From an uncultured virus (IMG/VR IMGVR_UViG_3300030380_005539) (lineage: Duplodnaviria; Heunggongvirae; Uroviricota; Caudoviricetes): a stretch of 64,000 bases of DNA. Where the stretch lies: positions 62,001-126,000 of the IMG/VR virus record IMGVR_UViG_3300030380_005539; one strand, given 5' to 3'. Under the pieces are notes generated by a model. That model was given only the letters and a program-made list of their open reading frames with translations, did no database searches and was not told where the DNA came from. This document shows, piece after piece, positions 8,993-26,766 of the stretch (position 1 is its first letter; every line of letters starts with the position of its first letter). The translations under genes were made by a program, and so were the position numbers.

Positions 8993-11251
8993 ATGGCAAA
9001 TTATGTAGACATAGGTGGTGTTCCAATATCAGGATTTATTTCTCCTGGTACAACTAGTGATACTTTTCCCGTTATTGATACTACTTTAGGTATTGATGGT
9101 TTAAGAAATTACAGTGGAGGTACTGAAATATTTTCGGGAACTACCATAACAGAATTGCGCCGTAGAGCTGGTATGATTGTAGGTATCGAAAGTGGTAGTA
9201 GATATTTTAAACTAAAAGATAAAGATCCTTGGGATTTCGATGAAACTGATTGGGAGGAAGTTAATTTCGGTGGTGGATCTGGTTCTGCAATTACCGGTGG
9301 TACATTTAGTGCGGGTACATTAACATTAGTAAATGGTAGTGGTGATACTATAACAATAACTGGATTTACTAGTGGTGGAGATAGTTATTGGATATCTGGT
9401 TCAACAGGTATCGGTTCAATTAAAACAATTTCTGGTGGTAATATATCACAAGGAGATTACTCTATATCTCAAGGATTTAATAATAGTGTTGTTGTTTCAC
9501 CTTTATCTACAACTATAGGTGGTTCTGGCAATACAGTGACTAAAACTTATTTGTCTTCTATTATAGGTGGGTTGGATGATGAAATAGTTGCATCATCTGG
9601 TACTACAATTATTGGTGGTGCCACTAATCAAATTGCTGCGGGTAGTGATAACGGTATTTTTCAAGGTCAAAATAATCTTTTTAATAGTTCATATAATTCA
9701 TTAATTTTAGGTGGTGACGATAATAGTATTACTAAAGTTACATACTATGGTACATTAATTAATAGTATAGAAAGTGATATAATGGAATCTTTATCCTCTC
9801 AAATTTTAGGGGGTAATGGAAATTTAATATCAGACGGAAACCATTCATTTATAATAGGGGGTACTGGATTAACAATTACTAACGGACAATTTTCTACCAT
9901 TATTAATGGTTTAGAAAATCAACTAATAGGTGCAGGTGGTAATAACATAGTTTATGAAAGTTCTATAATTGGGGGTAGTAATAATATAATGTCATCCGCA
10001 CAAATAGGATCATCAATTATTGGTGGTAGTGGTAATACTATTAATGGGTATTATTCTGGTAGTCTTTTTGGTAAATACAACTCTATTATTGGTGGTGTTA
10101 GCAACCAAATAGGTATTGGGGTAGAGAGAAATGGTATAATAGGGGGTACTGATAATAGAATTAACGGTGAAGGTGGTATTTCTAATGGTGTAATTGCCGG
10201 TGGAGATAACAATTTTATTGGGGAGGCGATGAATAATAAAAATTCGTTCATTGGTGGCGGTACAAATAATTCAATACTTTATGATTCCTCAGTCCCGCTT
10301 ATTTCACCTAATTCCGCAATTATCGGTGGTAGTGGTAATACTATTGCTACATTAGGAGAAGAAATAGAGGGTAATACAGTAATTTTAGGTGGATATAATA
10401 TTACTGCCACTACGGCAAATACAGTTTACGTACCTAAATTAAATATAAGAGATGTAGTTTCTGGTACTTCAATATATAATTTAGGTATAGATTCTAATGG
10501 TTTTGTGGTAACGGGTACAACTAATAATGGTGGTGGTAGTGGTACAACAATAAGTGCATATACGTATAATTCTACAAATAATACCTTTAGTATTGATATA
10601 AGCGGAAGTAGTTCATTTGACGCATCTTTTAATACAGTTTCTGGACTTACTGTAACTAATGATTTAACAGTAAATAATGAATTAGAAGTTAATGGTTTTG
10701 CATATGTGAATGGACACTCAATTTTTAGTGGTGATACAGACACTTATTTATTTGGTCCAGTACTACAAATAGCAGGAACTGGTGACACAGAACCAATATT
10801 TGCAGTAGAAGGTTCGGTAGGAGAATTATTTACTGTTACTGATACATTAACTGGCGAACTATTTGGGGTTAATAATGTATCTGGATTACCTATTTTAGAA
10901 GTTTATGATGATAATACGATAATGATGGGTAATCATTTGGCACCTTCGCTAAATACTACAGTTATTATCAATCAAAATGTAGGACAGTCTATTCTTTATA
11001 GTATTCCCACTACGGCATATACTGGTGGGTTCTTTGAATATACTGTAAAAAACACTTCTGGTGTTAGAGCGGGATCTATAATGTCAGTTTTTAGTGGATC
11101 ATCAATAGATTTTAATGAAACTACAACTAATGATATAGGGGATACTACTGATGTTACTTTTGATATGAATATAAGTGGTACATCTGCTAATTTATTAGTG
11201 GCAGCAACTAGCAATGGTTGGGAAATAAAAACAATAGTAAGAAGTATATAA
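8993..11251 (+). CDS. Putative fibre protein with IIGGxxN beta-roll repeats
   Basis: Many S/T-I-I-G-G-x-x-N repeats resembling trimeric adhesin head repeats. Confidence 0.75.
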   Translation: MANYVDIGGVPISGFISPGTTSDTFPVIDTTLGIDGLRNYSGGTEIFSGTTITELRRRAGMIVGIESGSRYFKLKDKDPWDFDETDWEEVNFGGGSGSAITGGTFSAGTLTLVNGSGDTITITGFTSGGDSYWISGSTGIGSIKTISGGNISQGDYSISQGFNNSVVVSPLSTTIGGSGNTVTKTYLSSIIGGLDDEIVASSGTTIIGGATNQIAAGSDNGIFQGQNNLFNSSYNSLILGGDDNSITKVTYYGTLINSIESDIMESLSSQILGGNGNLISDGNHSFIIGGTGLTITNGQFSTIINGLENQLIGAGGNNIVYESSIIGGSNNIMSSAQIGSSIIGGSGNTINGYYSGSLFGKYNSIIGGVSNQIGIGVERNGIIGGTDNRINGEGGISNGVIAGGDNNFIGEAMNNKNSFIGGGTNNSILYDSSVPLISPNSAIIGGSGNTIATLGEEIEGNTVILGGYNITATTANTVYVPKLNIRDVVSGTSIYNLGIDSNGFVVTGTTNNGGGSGTTISAYTYNSTNNTFSIDISGSSSFDASFNTVSGLTVTNDLTVNNELEVNGFAYVNGHSIFSGDTDTYLFGPVLQIAGTGDTEPIFAVEGSVGELFTVTDTLTGELFGVNNVSGLPILEVYDDNTIMMGNHLAPSLNTTVIINQNVGQSILYSIPTTAYTGGFFEYTVKNTSGVRAGSIMSVFSGSSIDFNETTTNDIGDTTDVTFDMNISGTSANLLVAATSNGWEIKTIVRSI

Positions 11252-11252
11252 T

Positions 11253-12059
11253 ATGGCAATTTTTCATTCACCCAAAATAGTAACTGACGGTTTAATATTT
11301 TATGTTGACGCACAAAATACTAATTCATACAATATAAATGATGGGGTAGTTAATAATCTTGGTAAAAAAGAAACAGGAACAAACTTTAGAAGATTAGAAT
11401 TCGAAGAAAACACAGATCAAGGGCCTGGGGGAATACCACCATCTGCAACTACCTCACAAATAGTAGTGACCACGGATAATAATATAAAATCTTTCTTTTT
11501 TGATGGTAGTGATTATTATTTTCAATCGATAGGAAAACCTATGGTAAATATGCCTTCAGAATTAACCTATACTACATGGATAAATCATAATAGAAGTGGT
11601 CCTTTAGGTTCTACAATATTTTGTCCGGGTACTGCTAATGGTGGAGGAAACATTAATAGGAGTTGGTTGTACATATTTAATAACACTATTCAAATGGCAA
11701 TTACTGATGGTACACAACAAGGATATGGTACTTATACGGCATATACTGAAACTAATTACCCCTTAGATTTTAATTATGTAGTTACTACATGTTCTGATAA
11801 TGGTGATGGTACTAGTACAATTAAAATATATGTTAACGCTGATTTAGTAGAAACTAGAAGTGATGTGCCGGTGATATCGGGTAGAATTGCTGGTACAAAT
11901 GAACCAGATGTTGCTAGGGGGGGTAGTTCTGGTGGACAAAGATTTAGTGGTAAAATTGCGTCAGCATCTATGTATAATATATGTTTAAATCAAGAGGAAA
12001 TATTAAGAAATTATGTTGCAATGAGAAGTAGATTTAAACACCCATCTCGAATTTATTAA
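11253..12059 (+). CDS. LamG/concanavalin A-like lectin domain protein
   Basis: PKIVTDGLIFYVDA...FFFDGSD...IKIYVNA...FSGKIASASMYNICLNQEEILRNY pattern typical of phage LamG proteins. Confidence 0.8.
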   Translation: MAIFHSPKIVTDGLIFYVDAQNTNSYNINDGVVNNLGKKETGTNFRRLEFEENTDQGPGGIPPSATTSQIVVTTDNNIKSFFFDGSDYYFQSIGKPMVNMPSELTYTTWINHNRSGPLGSTIFCPGTANGGGNINRSWLYIFNNTIQMAITDGTQQGYGTYTAYTETNYPLDFNYVVTTCSDNGDGTSTIKIYVNADLVETRSDVPVISGRIAGTNEPDVARGGSSGGQRFSGKIASASMYNICLNQEEILRNYVAMRSRFKHPSRIY

Positions 12060-12137
12060 TATTTTAGTTTTATTAACTTTAACATATTTATATATAAATA
12101 ATAACATTTAATAACTGGAAAGGGAAAGTATTAAATA

Positions 12138-15100
12138 ATGGCACACGAATTTATAATAAAAAATGGGTTTGTATCTAAAGGTAATTCCTTAGTTGAGGGA
12201 AATCTTTCAGGGCAAACATTCAATATTATTAACACACCTGTTAATAATAACTCAGCAACAGAAATTTTAGTAAGAAATACTACTAGTGGTAATGTAGAAT
12301 ATAGAGATTCTTCTACTTTAAGTGGTGCATCATCAACTGATGTTTTTGTTAATAGTGGTTCTGCAGATGTAACCACTCAACAATTAACATTCACAAATAC
12401 AACTGGCGGAACATTTAATGTGACAAATGCGGCAGCTTTATTTACTGATAACGATATTAATGTAACCGGTGGAACTTATGATGTAAACACTGGATGTGTT
12501 ACGTTTGCTACAAATAGTGGTTCTACTTTTGATATATGTGGTTTTGTTACAGGATTAACTAATACTTTTGTATCTGGTGGTACATATGATAGTAGTACAT
12601 CCGAAATAACATTTACCAACACAACTGGAGGAACTTTTAATGTTGATTTATCATCATTAAGTGGTAAAACGTCATTCACAGTAGCCGGAGATAACGGTAC
12701 ACCTTTTACTATAACTTCTGGTGATACACTTACTTTTGAGGGTTCTACAGGTATTGACATAGGGGTTGCTGCTACCGATAGAGTTTTAATCGCGGTAGAC
12801 TATTCAGGTGCGGATTCAGTTATTATGGCGGCGACTAATGGAACTGGTATAACAGTAGATGGTGCAAACGATAAATTACTTATATATGATAATGATACTG
12901 CAACAGTAAAATATATTAATGCTAACCAACTTCCTTCTAGTGGGGCGGCTAGCACACCTATAACCGGATATTCTTATAATCCCGCTAGTAATACTTTTAC
13001 TATAGGTTTAAGTGGTGGAACTTCTTTTGATTCACAAATTTTAGAAGTTAGTGGTTTAACAGTAACTAATGATTTAATTGTTAGTGGTAGTACAGGAATA
13101 GGAACTGATACACCAACAGAAAAGTTACATATAAAATCCACTACAAATGCTAAAATTAAAATAGAAGCAGACATAAATGACGTAGATGATACGGATACTG
13201 CAGATATTTTACTATCACAAGATGGTGGTATTTCAACCTCTAATATTGGTATTTCACCTGATTCGATAAACGATTTAGTTATAGGTGTTAACTCAACTAC
13301 CGATCCTAGTATTAAGTTTGCGACAAGAAATGATGGTACTACTTTTAGTACTACTGCAGATACCAAAGTAACTATAACTAATAGTGGTAGTGTAGGTATT
13401 GGTACAATAGACCCAACGGAGAAATTACATGTTATGGGCGACTTCAAAATGGAAGAACCTGGTGGAACATTCGATTCAGACCTTAACAGTGGTAACGCAC
13501 TTGTTAGATTAAGTGCGGGTACAACAAATCAACTTGCTAGAATAGCAGTTTCTAATCCGGGAGAGGGTGGTATTACATTTGGGGTTAGAGGTAGTACAGA
13601 GGCTAGTTTTCCTGGATATGGCGCACAAGGTGACGGTTATCTTTATTCTTCCATTGACCAAAACGGTTTAAATATTATTTCTGCACCTTCATCTCCTGCA
13701 GGTACATTACCAGATTATATTAGGATGTATGCAGGACAAGATGCAGATGGTGGTGTTCCTGATATACACATTCAAGGAAAAAATACCACAGATTCTTCAA
13801 GAGGTAATGTAGGAATCAATACCGATACACCCACAGAAACATTTCATGTTGATGGGACGGTAAGAATTGAAGATGGCACAGAACAACTTGGTTATGTATT
13901 AACTTGTGACGCAGATGGGGTAGCAAGTTGGCAACCTTCCTCTGGTAGTACAACTGGTGGTACAGTTTATTGGGATATAGAAAATGGTGGATTAAAAAGT
14001 ATTAATCAAAATGCAGGAACAATCAATGGTACGTCAACCGGTTCAGTATTAGTGGGGGGTTACTTTAACACTAACGATATTTATGACAGTTTAACTTCAA
14101 CTATAATAAATGGTAATAGTAATACAATTAGTGGTGGTACTACATCTGCTATAATATCTACAAGTAATTCTAATATTAAAGGAACTATAGATTATGGTGT
14201 TATTATTGGTGGTAGTGATAATAATATTGAGGATACTGTAAGTGATTCTGAAAGGGCATTAATTGCGGGTGGTGTTGGAAATGATATAAATAATTCATTT
14301 AATTCAGCAATGTTAAGTACTGTATCATCTACTATAAGTGGAGGTAGTTCAAATATTATATTGGGTGGTAATGAGTTAAATATTATTGAAGAAAGTGGTG
14401 GATCTTTAATGTATTCGTCTATTATTGGAGGTAATCAAAATACTATACAAGATACTACAAATGGTGGATCTCCTCAGCGTTCCACAATTATTGGTGGTAG
14501 ATTTAACACATTGTCTGATAGTAGAGATTCTCTTATTTTATCATCTACAGGAAGTGAGATTACTGGTAGTTGTACTAATTCATCGATATATAATGCTTCA
14601 AATTCCCTTATAAGTAATGCAACCGCTTCGTCAATTTTAGGTGGTTCTGTTAATATTATTAGTGGTGGTACTGAGAATGCTATTATTGGTGGTTCACAAC
14701 ATAAAATAATTAATGGTACACAAAGATCTGTTATACTTGGGGGTAGGAAGATTAGTGGTGGTACAACTGACACAGTTTATGTACCTAATTTAAATATTGG
14801 AACTGTTGGTGCTGGCACACCATTAATTAATTTAGGATTAGATGCTAATGGATTTGTGGTTACTGGAACTACAGGTAGTGGTGGTGGAAATTCAGGTATT
14901 ACAGGTTATACATACGATCCAACAGAAAATGAATTTGCAATAGGTATAAGTGGTAGTACACCTCAAACTGCAATCATAGATGAAATGAATGGGTTAACCA
15001 TTAACGGTGAATTAAGAGTTACTGGAAATACTCAATTAGATAGTGATTTAATAGTAGATGGTAACACAGGAATGGGTACAGATAACCCATTAGAAAAATT

Positions 15101-18100
15101 AGATGTTAGAGGTGATGTATTAATATCAAATCCAGTTGATAATGCTTCACTAACACTAAGTGCAGTTTCTACGAGTAACTCTGTAATTGATTTTGATAAT
15201 GAGGGTGTATCTACACCTTTTGCTAGAATTGAAGGTACGACTTTCGGGGGTGGTGTATCAGGTAATTTACAATTTTATACTTATCCTACAGGTGGACCAC
15301 TAAGTGAAGTAATGGTATTAACAAATAACCAAAGGGTTGGTATTGGGGATATTACAAATAATGATGTAGATAAAACTCTACATGTTATGGGCGACTTCAA
15401 AATGGAAGAAACTGGGGCAATATTTGAGTCAGACCTTAACTTAAGTAGCGGTGCGAATGTTAAATTAAGTGCGATTACAACAGATCAACTTGCTAGAATG
15501 TCAGTTGCCACACCAGGAAATGGTGGTATTACATTCGGGATTAGAGGTAGTGCAGAGGCTAGTTTTCCGGGATATGGTGCACAAGGTGATGGTTATCTTT
15601 ATTCTTCTATCGATCAAAATGGTTTAAATATTATTTCTGCACCTTCAAATCCCGCAAATGCATTACCAGATTATATTAGGATGTATGCAGGACAAGATGC
15701 AGATGGCGGAATACCAGATATACATATACAAGGTAGAGACACCACAGATTCAACAAGAGGTTATGTAGGAATCAATACAGATACGCCCACAGAAACATTT
15801 CATGTTGATGGTACAGTAAGAATTGAAGACGGAACAGAGCAAAATGGTTATGTCTTAACATGTGACGCAGATGGGGTAGCAAGTTGGCAGCCCTCATCTG
15901 GTGGAACAGGAACAGGATTTTGGGCGGTAGAAAGTGGTGGATTAAAAAGTATTAACCAAAATTCTGGAACAATTAGTGGGACATCGACTGGGGCAATATT
16001 AGTAGGTGGTTATTTCACTAATAATGATATTACGGATGGTAGAGCTTCTACAATAATAAATGGTGGGGCTAATATAATAAGTGGTGCATCGGCAGATGCA
16101 ATTATTTCATCAACTAATTCAAGTATTATTGCAAATAATGGAAGTCTTCAGTATAGTGTGATTGTTGGTGGGTTAAATAATTTTATTCAAGGTGGATCAA
16201 GTGACACATTAATTGGGGGTGGTATAAACAACGAAATAGTAGATGGTGAAACCTCTTCAATAATTGGTGGAAGAAATAACCTTATAGATGATAGTGATGA
16301 AGCAGGAATTTATACTTCTGAAGATTCTACATTAAATAAGGCTACAAAATCAGCCATTATTGGTGGTAATGATCACTTTTTGGCTGCTGCAAGATCAGTT
16401 ATAGTAGGTGGTAGTGATAATTATATGGATGGTGCATCTAGATCAGTTATTCTGGGTGGTAGTAATATTACTGCAGACACTTCAAATACCGTTTATGTTC
16501 CTCAATTAAATATTAGAGACGTACTTGATAATGAACCAGTAGGTACTTTAGGGTATGACGCAAATGGTTTTGTTGTAGATAGTAATGTCTCAGATATTAC
16601 AGGTGGAACACTTAATGGTGACGTATTAACATTAATAAATAATAATGGAAACAATATTACCATATCCGGTTTCAGTAGTGGTTCGACTAGTGGATTTTGG
16701 GAAGAAGGTGGGGAAGGAAATTCTCTATATGACATTAAAGGTAGTCACATATTAACAGGATCATCAAGATACTCAATGATTGCTGGGGGCGAGACTAATA
16801 GAATTACTGATCATGATTCTTCAGGTATCTTTGTAGGTAAAAATAATGTATTAACAGGGAGCTCAGTAGGATTTAGTGAATCACAAAATGCAATAATAGG
16901 TGGTGAAGATAATATTATATCTTCTAACTTAGGATATATGGATAATAACATTGTTTTAGGTGGTAATAATAACTCTATTAGTGATGGTAGGATAAGAAAT
17001 AGTATCATAATAGGTGGGAAAAATCATAGTATAAATGATACTATTAATGATAGTGTAGTTATAGGTGGTAATGGTAATAAAGTAAAAAGTCAGAGAAGTG
17101 TTGTATTGGGTGGTGCTGGAATCACAGGAACAACAGATAATGATACAGTATATGTACCTAGATTAAATATTAGAGATGTTTCTAATGGAACACCTACAAT
17201 GAATTTAGGTGTTGATGCTAACGGAGTGGTAGTGTCAGCAGCAACCGGTTCTAATTCAGGAAATTGTATAAGTGAATTATGGGTATCCAATATAGAATCA
17301 TGCTCACCTTTAAATATTAATACGTATAATCAGGGTAATATCTATATAGGTACACAAGGTGGTTTACCATTAGTTACTATAGATATTACAACTCCAGACG
17401 AACCAGGAATTTTATTTGGTGAAGAAAGTTTTATAAAATATAATGAAAGCCAAAAGAAATTAAAAGTTGGTGCAGACAGTGCTACTGGTTCTAAATTAGT
17501 ATTAGAAACAGATGGTAGAGAAATAGTAGAAGTTAGTACTGGTACAACTAGAGTTATAAAAGGTGATTTAGAAGCAGAAGATGGTAATATAATAGTAAAA
17601 TCAGGTAATAGTAAATCTTTAATTGTTGAGGATATTCCTGATGTTAGTGGTGCTAACTTAGGTACAGATTTAGATGGTAAAATAATTGACTTACCTTCTG
17701 ATAGTAGGTGTAAATTTAATATTCTGGATATACCAAACGTTGTGGATCCTATATTGTTCTTAGACGCATTAGAGGGTTATCAATTCGAATTTCACCCTAG
17801 AACAAGAATTAGTAGTACCGGAAAAAAACATTATGGGTTTAAAGTAGATGATTTTAGAGATAATTTATTTGATGGAAATGTTATATCTGCAGAACAAAGA
17901 AGGGTTAATAATATAGCAAAAACTTTTGTTAGAACATGTAAAACTCAGTATGATATAGATGGATCTGGTAATAAAGCAACTGTAGATTCTATGAATTATG
18001 TTGATTTAATACCATTTATGGTAGAAGGTATTAAACAATTAAATACTAATATAAATAATATAACTGGTGGTGGTAAAAAATATGTGGAAACTAAGACATT

Positions 18101-18277
18101 AACTACAGGACAAAACACAATTACACATAGTTTAAAAGATGAAAATGTTATAGTACAAGTTGTTGAGATTTCAACAGGACAAATAATAATACCTGATCAT
18201 ATATCTAACTATCAAAATAATAGTGTAGATATTTATGTAGAAGAAGGTGGGGAATATAAAATTATAATTATTGGATA

Positions 18278-18278
<1 letters not shown>
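12138..18278 (+). CDS. Long tail fibre with peptidase S74 intramolecular chaperone
   Basis: 2046 aa; GIGTxxPxEKLH fibre repeats, IIGG repeats, and SDSRCKFNI...HYGF...[17 protein letters not shown] from about 17697. Confidence 0.8.
13428..16130 (+). repeat. Intragenic duplication of about 0.75 kb (about 13428-14180 and 15381-16130)
   Basis: Both copies begin CATGTTATGGGCGACTTCAAAATGGAAGAA and encode [30 protein letters not shown]...[16 protein letters not shown]. Confidence 0.9.
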
Positions 18279-24673
<6,395 letters not shown>

Positions 24674-24721
24674 ATTAAAACTTAATTGTTATTTCTTAAT
24701 ATTTATTAATAAACTATATTA

Positions 24722-26716
24722 ATGAGTAATATTAACCAAAATAATTTCAATAATTGTATGAACTTACAATTAAGTAATTCCGATTATTGGGATTTATTTA
24801 TTTGTAACGACTGTGGATGTAGTATAGATCATCAAGAAATTTTAGATGAATGTGTCATTATTGATATAGACATTGATAATAATAAATGTGTTAGTGGTGA
24901 TTCATTGTGTAGTTTAGTGGGTTGGACTGGTAATACATGTTTTGAGGAATTATCTTTACCTACTTCAGCACTTACATTAAATGATATTGGGTTAACTGGT
25001 ATTGATAATGGTTTTATTTCTTATGATTGTACAGGATCAACCACAGGATTAACATTTATCGACACATATACTGGTTCGTCCCTTACAATAACATCTGCAG
25101 ATACAAAATTTTGTTTTACTAGAGTTAGTGGGTGTACCTATACTTATCCCTATCAATTTATTACTTCTGCAAATACTGTAGGTAGGTATGTAGAATTATG
25201 TGGTGGTTTTTATCAAGGATTTTTTAAATTATCAGATAGAACATTCTTTAAAGATATTTCAAACAATATGTTTGTTTGGCCGATGGAGTGGTTTAATTGT
25301 CCACCCCCTTGTGGAAGTGGATGTACTGGAACTACTTCTTGTGATTGTAATAATAATAATGTTAATCCTATTTTTATTCCTGGTTCTACTAATTGTAATT
25401 GTGGAAATAATAATTGTCAATTATGTGGAACAGTTTATGAAGAAGAATACGTTGGTGGGTGTGGTCCTTGGTGTAAAAATGGTGGTGAATGTAAAGGTTG
25501 TCCTGACCCTAGAAAAGCATATAAATGCTATTTAGAGAAAAAACCAACTCCATGGAATTACCAAATTTTACCAACTAGATATGAAAGTGGTTGGACTGCA
25601 GAATTTTGGATGAGAAGAAATAGTAAAGCCTGTACGGGAGATACGGGTACAACAATAAACGCTTTATACCCTAATAATGAAGGATTATTTTATTATATGG
25701 GTACTAGATCAGAAAATAAATTTTGGGATGTGTTCAGTGGGGAAACAGGATATACTACCACATCAGGTTATCCTTTACCACCACCTAAAATTACTAAAGA
25801 AGAATTATTAAATAACCCCTTTTTAGTTTACCAACCACAAGGTGATTGTTATTTTACTGGGGTAACTAAAGTTACTATTGACGAAAGAGATAAAAATGCA
25901 GATATAGTAGATAATGCATTAGGGTTTAGAATAAAAGAAGATGGTTCTATAGGGTATAGATCTTTAGGTGTTAGTGGAGTTTGTTCTGCAGTAACTTCTA
26001 CAACAGTTACAACTTCTTGTGATAATTGTAGTTCTTCATGTAATTGTAGTAATTGTCAATTATGTGGAACAATATATGCAGAAGAAGGTGTTGGTGGTTG
26101 TGGTGATTGGTGTATAGATTGTGACACACCAACATGTAAAATAACTGGTACAACAGTACAAGAAAAATATATTACCGGAGTAACAGTTAATGAAGAATAT
26201 TCAGAAGCCGGTATAATACCTAATGATGAATGGTTTCAACTAGCTATAAGATTTTGTGCATATGAAGAATACTTATTTGACGAAATGGATAATATACCTA
26301 GACGAAAAGGGAGGTTAGACTTTTTTGTTAATGGTTACCTTAAATATTCTATTGAGGATTTTGACGAATTTTTATTTAAAGATTTATATGAATATAGAGA
26401 AAAACAAGAAGGTGTACCATTTAATTACTCTTTAGGTGGTGGTACGCAAGGGTTATTAGAAACTAATACTATTGGTGGACCTGACCCGTTAGATGAAAAT
26501 TTAATTATACAACAAAATTTTGCTGGTAGTTTCTTTGGTGATATATCTAAATTTAGATTATATGAATGTTGTTTAGATATAACAACAATTAGATATAGAT
26601 TTAAAAAATACTGTTTAAATTATGGAATTTGTCCACAAGAATTGATAGAATATCTCTTAACTGAGAATAGTAATATTATTTCTAGTGAAGACGGTGAAGA
26701 TTTCTTAATAGTGTAA
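24722..26716 (+). CDS. Cys-rich putative structural protein (LamG-like scaffold)
   Basis: 664 aa; GWTAEFW, LDFFVNG, FFGDISKFRLY motifs; two Cys-rich inserts. Confidence 0.65.
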   Translation: MSNINQNNFNNCMNLQLSNSDYWDLFICNDCGCSIDHQEILDECVIIDIDIDNNKCVSGDSLCSLVGWTGNTCFEELSLPTSALTLNDIGLTGIDNGFISYDCTGSTTGLTFIDTYTGSSLTITSADTKFCFTRVSGCTYTYPYQFITSANTVGRYVELCGGFYQGFFKLSDRTFFKDISNNMFVWPMEWFNCPPPCGSGCTGTTSCDCNNNNVNPIFIPGSTNCNCGNNNCQLCGTVYEEEYVGGCGPWCKNGGECKGCPDPRKAYKCYLEKKPTPWNYQILPTRYESGWTAEFWMRRNSKACTGDTGTTINALYPNNEGLFYYMGTRSENKFWDVFSGETGYTTTSGYPLPPPKITKEELLNNPFLVYQPQGDCYFTGVTKVTIDERDKNADIVDNALGFRIKEDGSIGYRSLGVSGVCSAVTSTTVTTSCDNCSSSCNCSNCQLCGTIYAEEGVGGCGDWCIDCDTPTCKITGTTVQEKYITGVTVNEEYSEAGIIPNDEWFQLAIRFCAYEEYLFDEMDNIPRRKGRLDFFVNGYLKYSIEDFDEFLFKDLYEYREKQEGVPFNYSLGGGTQGLLETNTIGGPDPLDENLIIQQNFAGSFFGDISKFRLYECCLDITTIRYRFKKYCLNYGICPQELIEYLLTENSNIISSEDGEDFLIV

Positions 26717-26766
26717 AATGAATAATAAAGAATATTAACATATTTATATAAAAAAAGAAAATTAAG

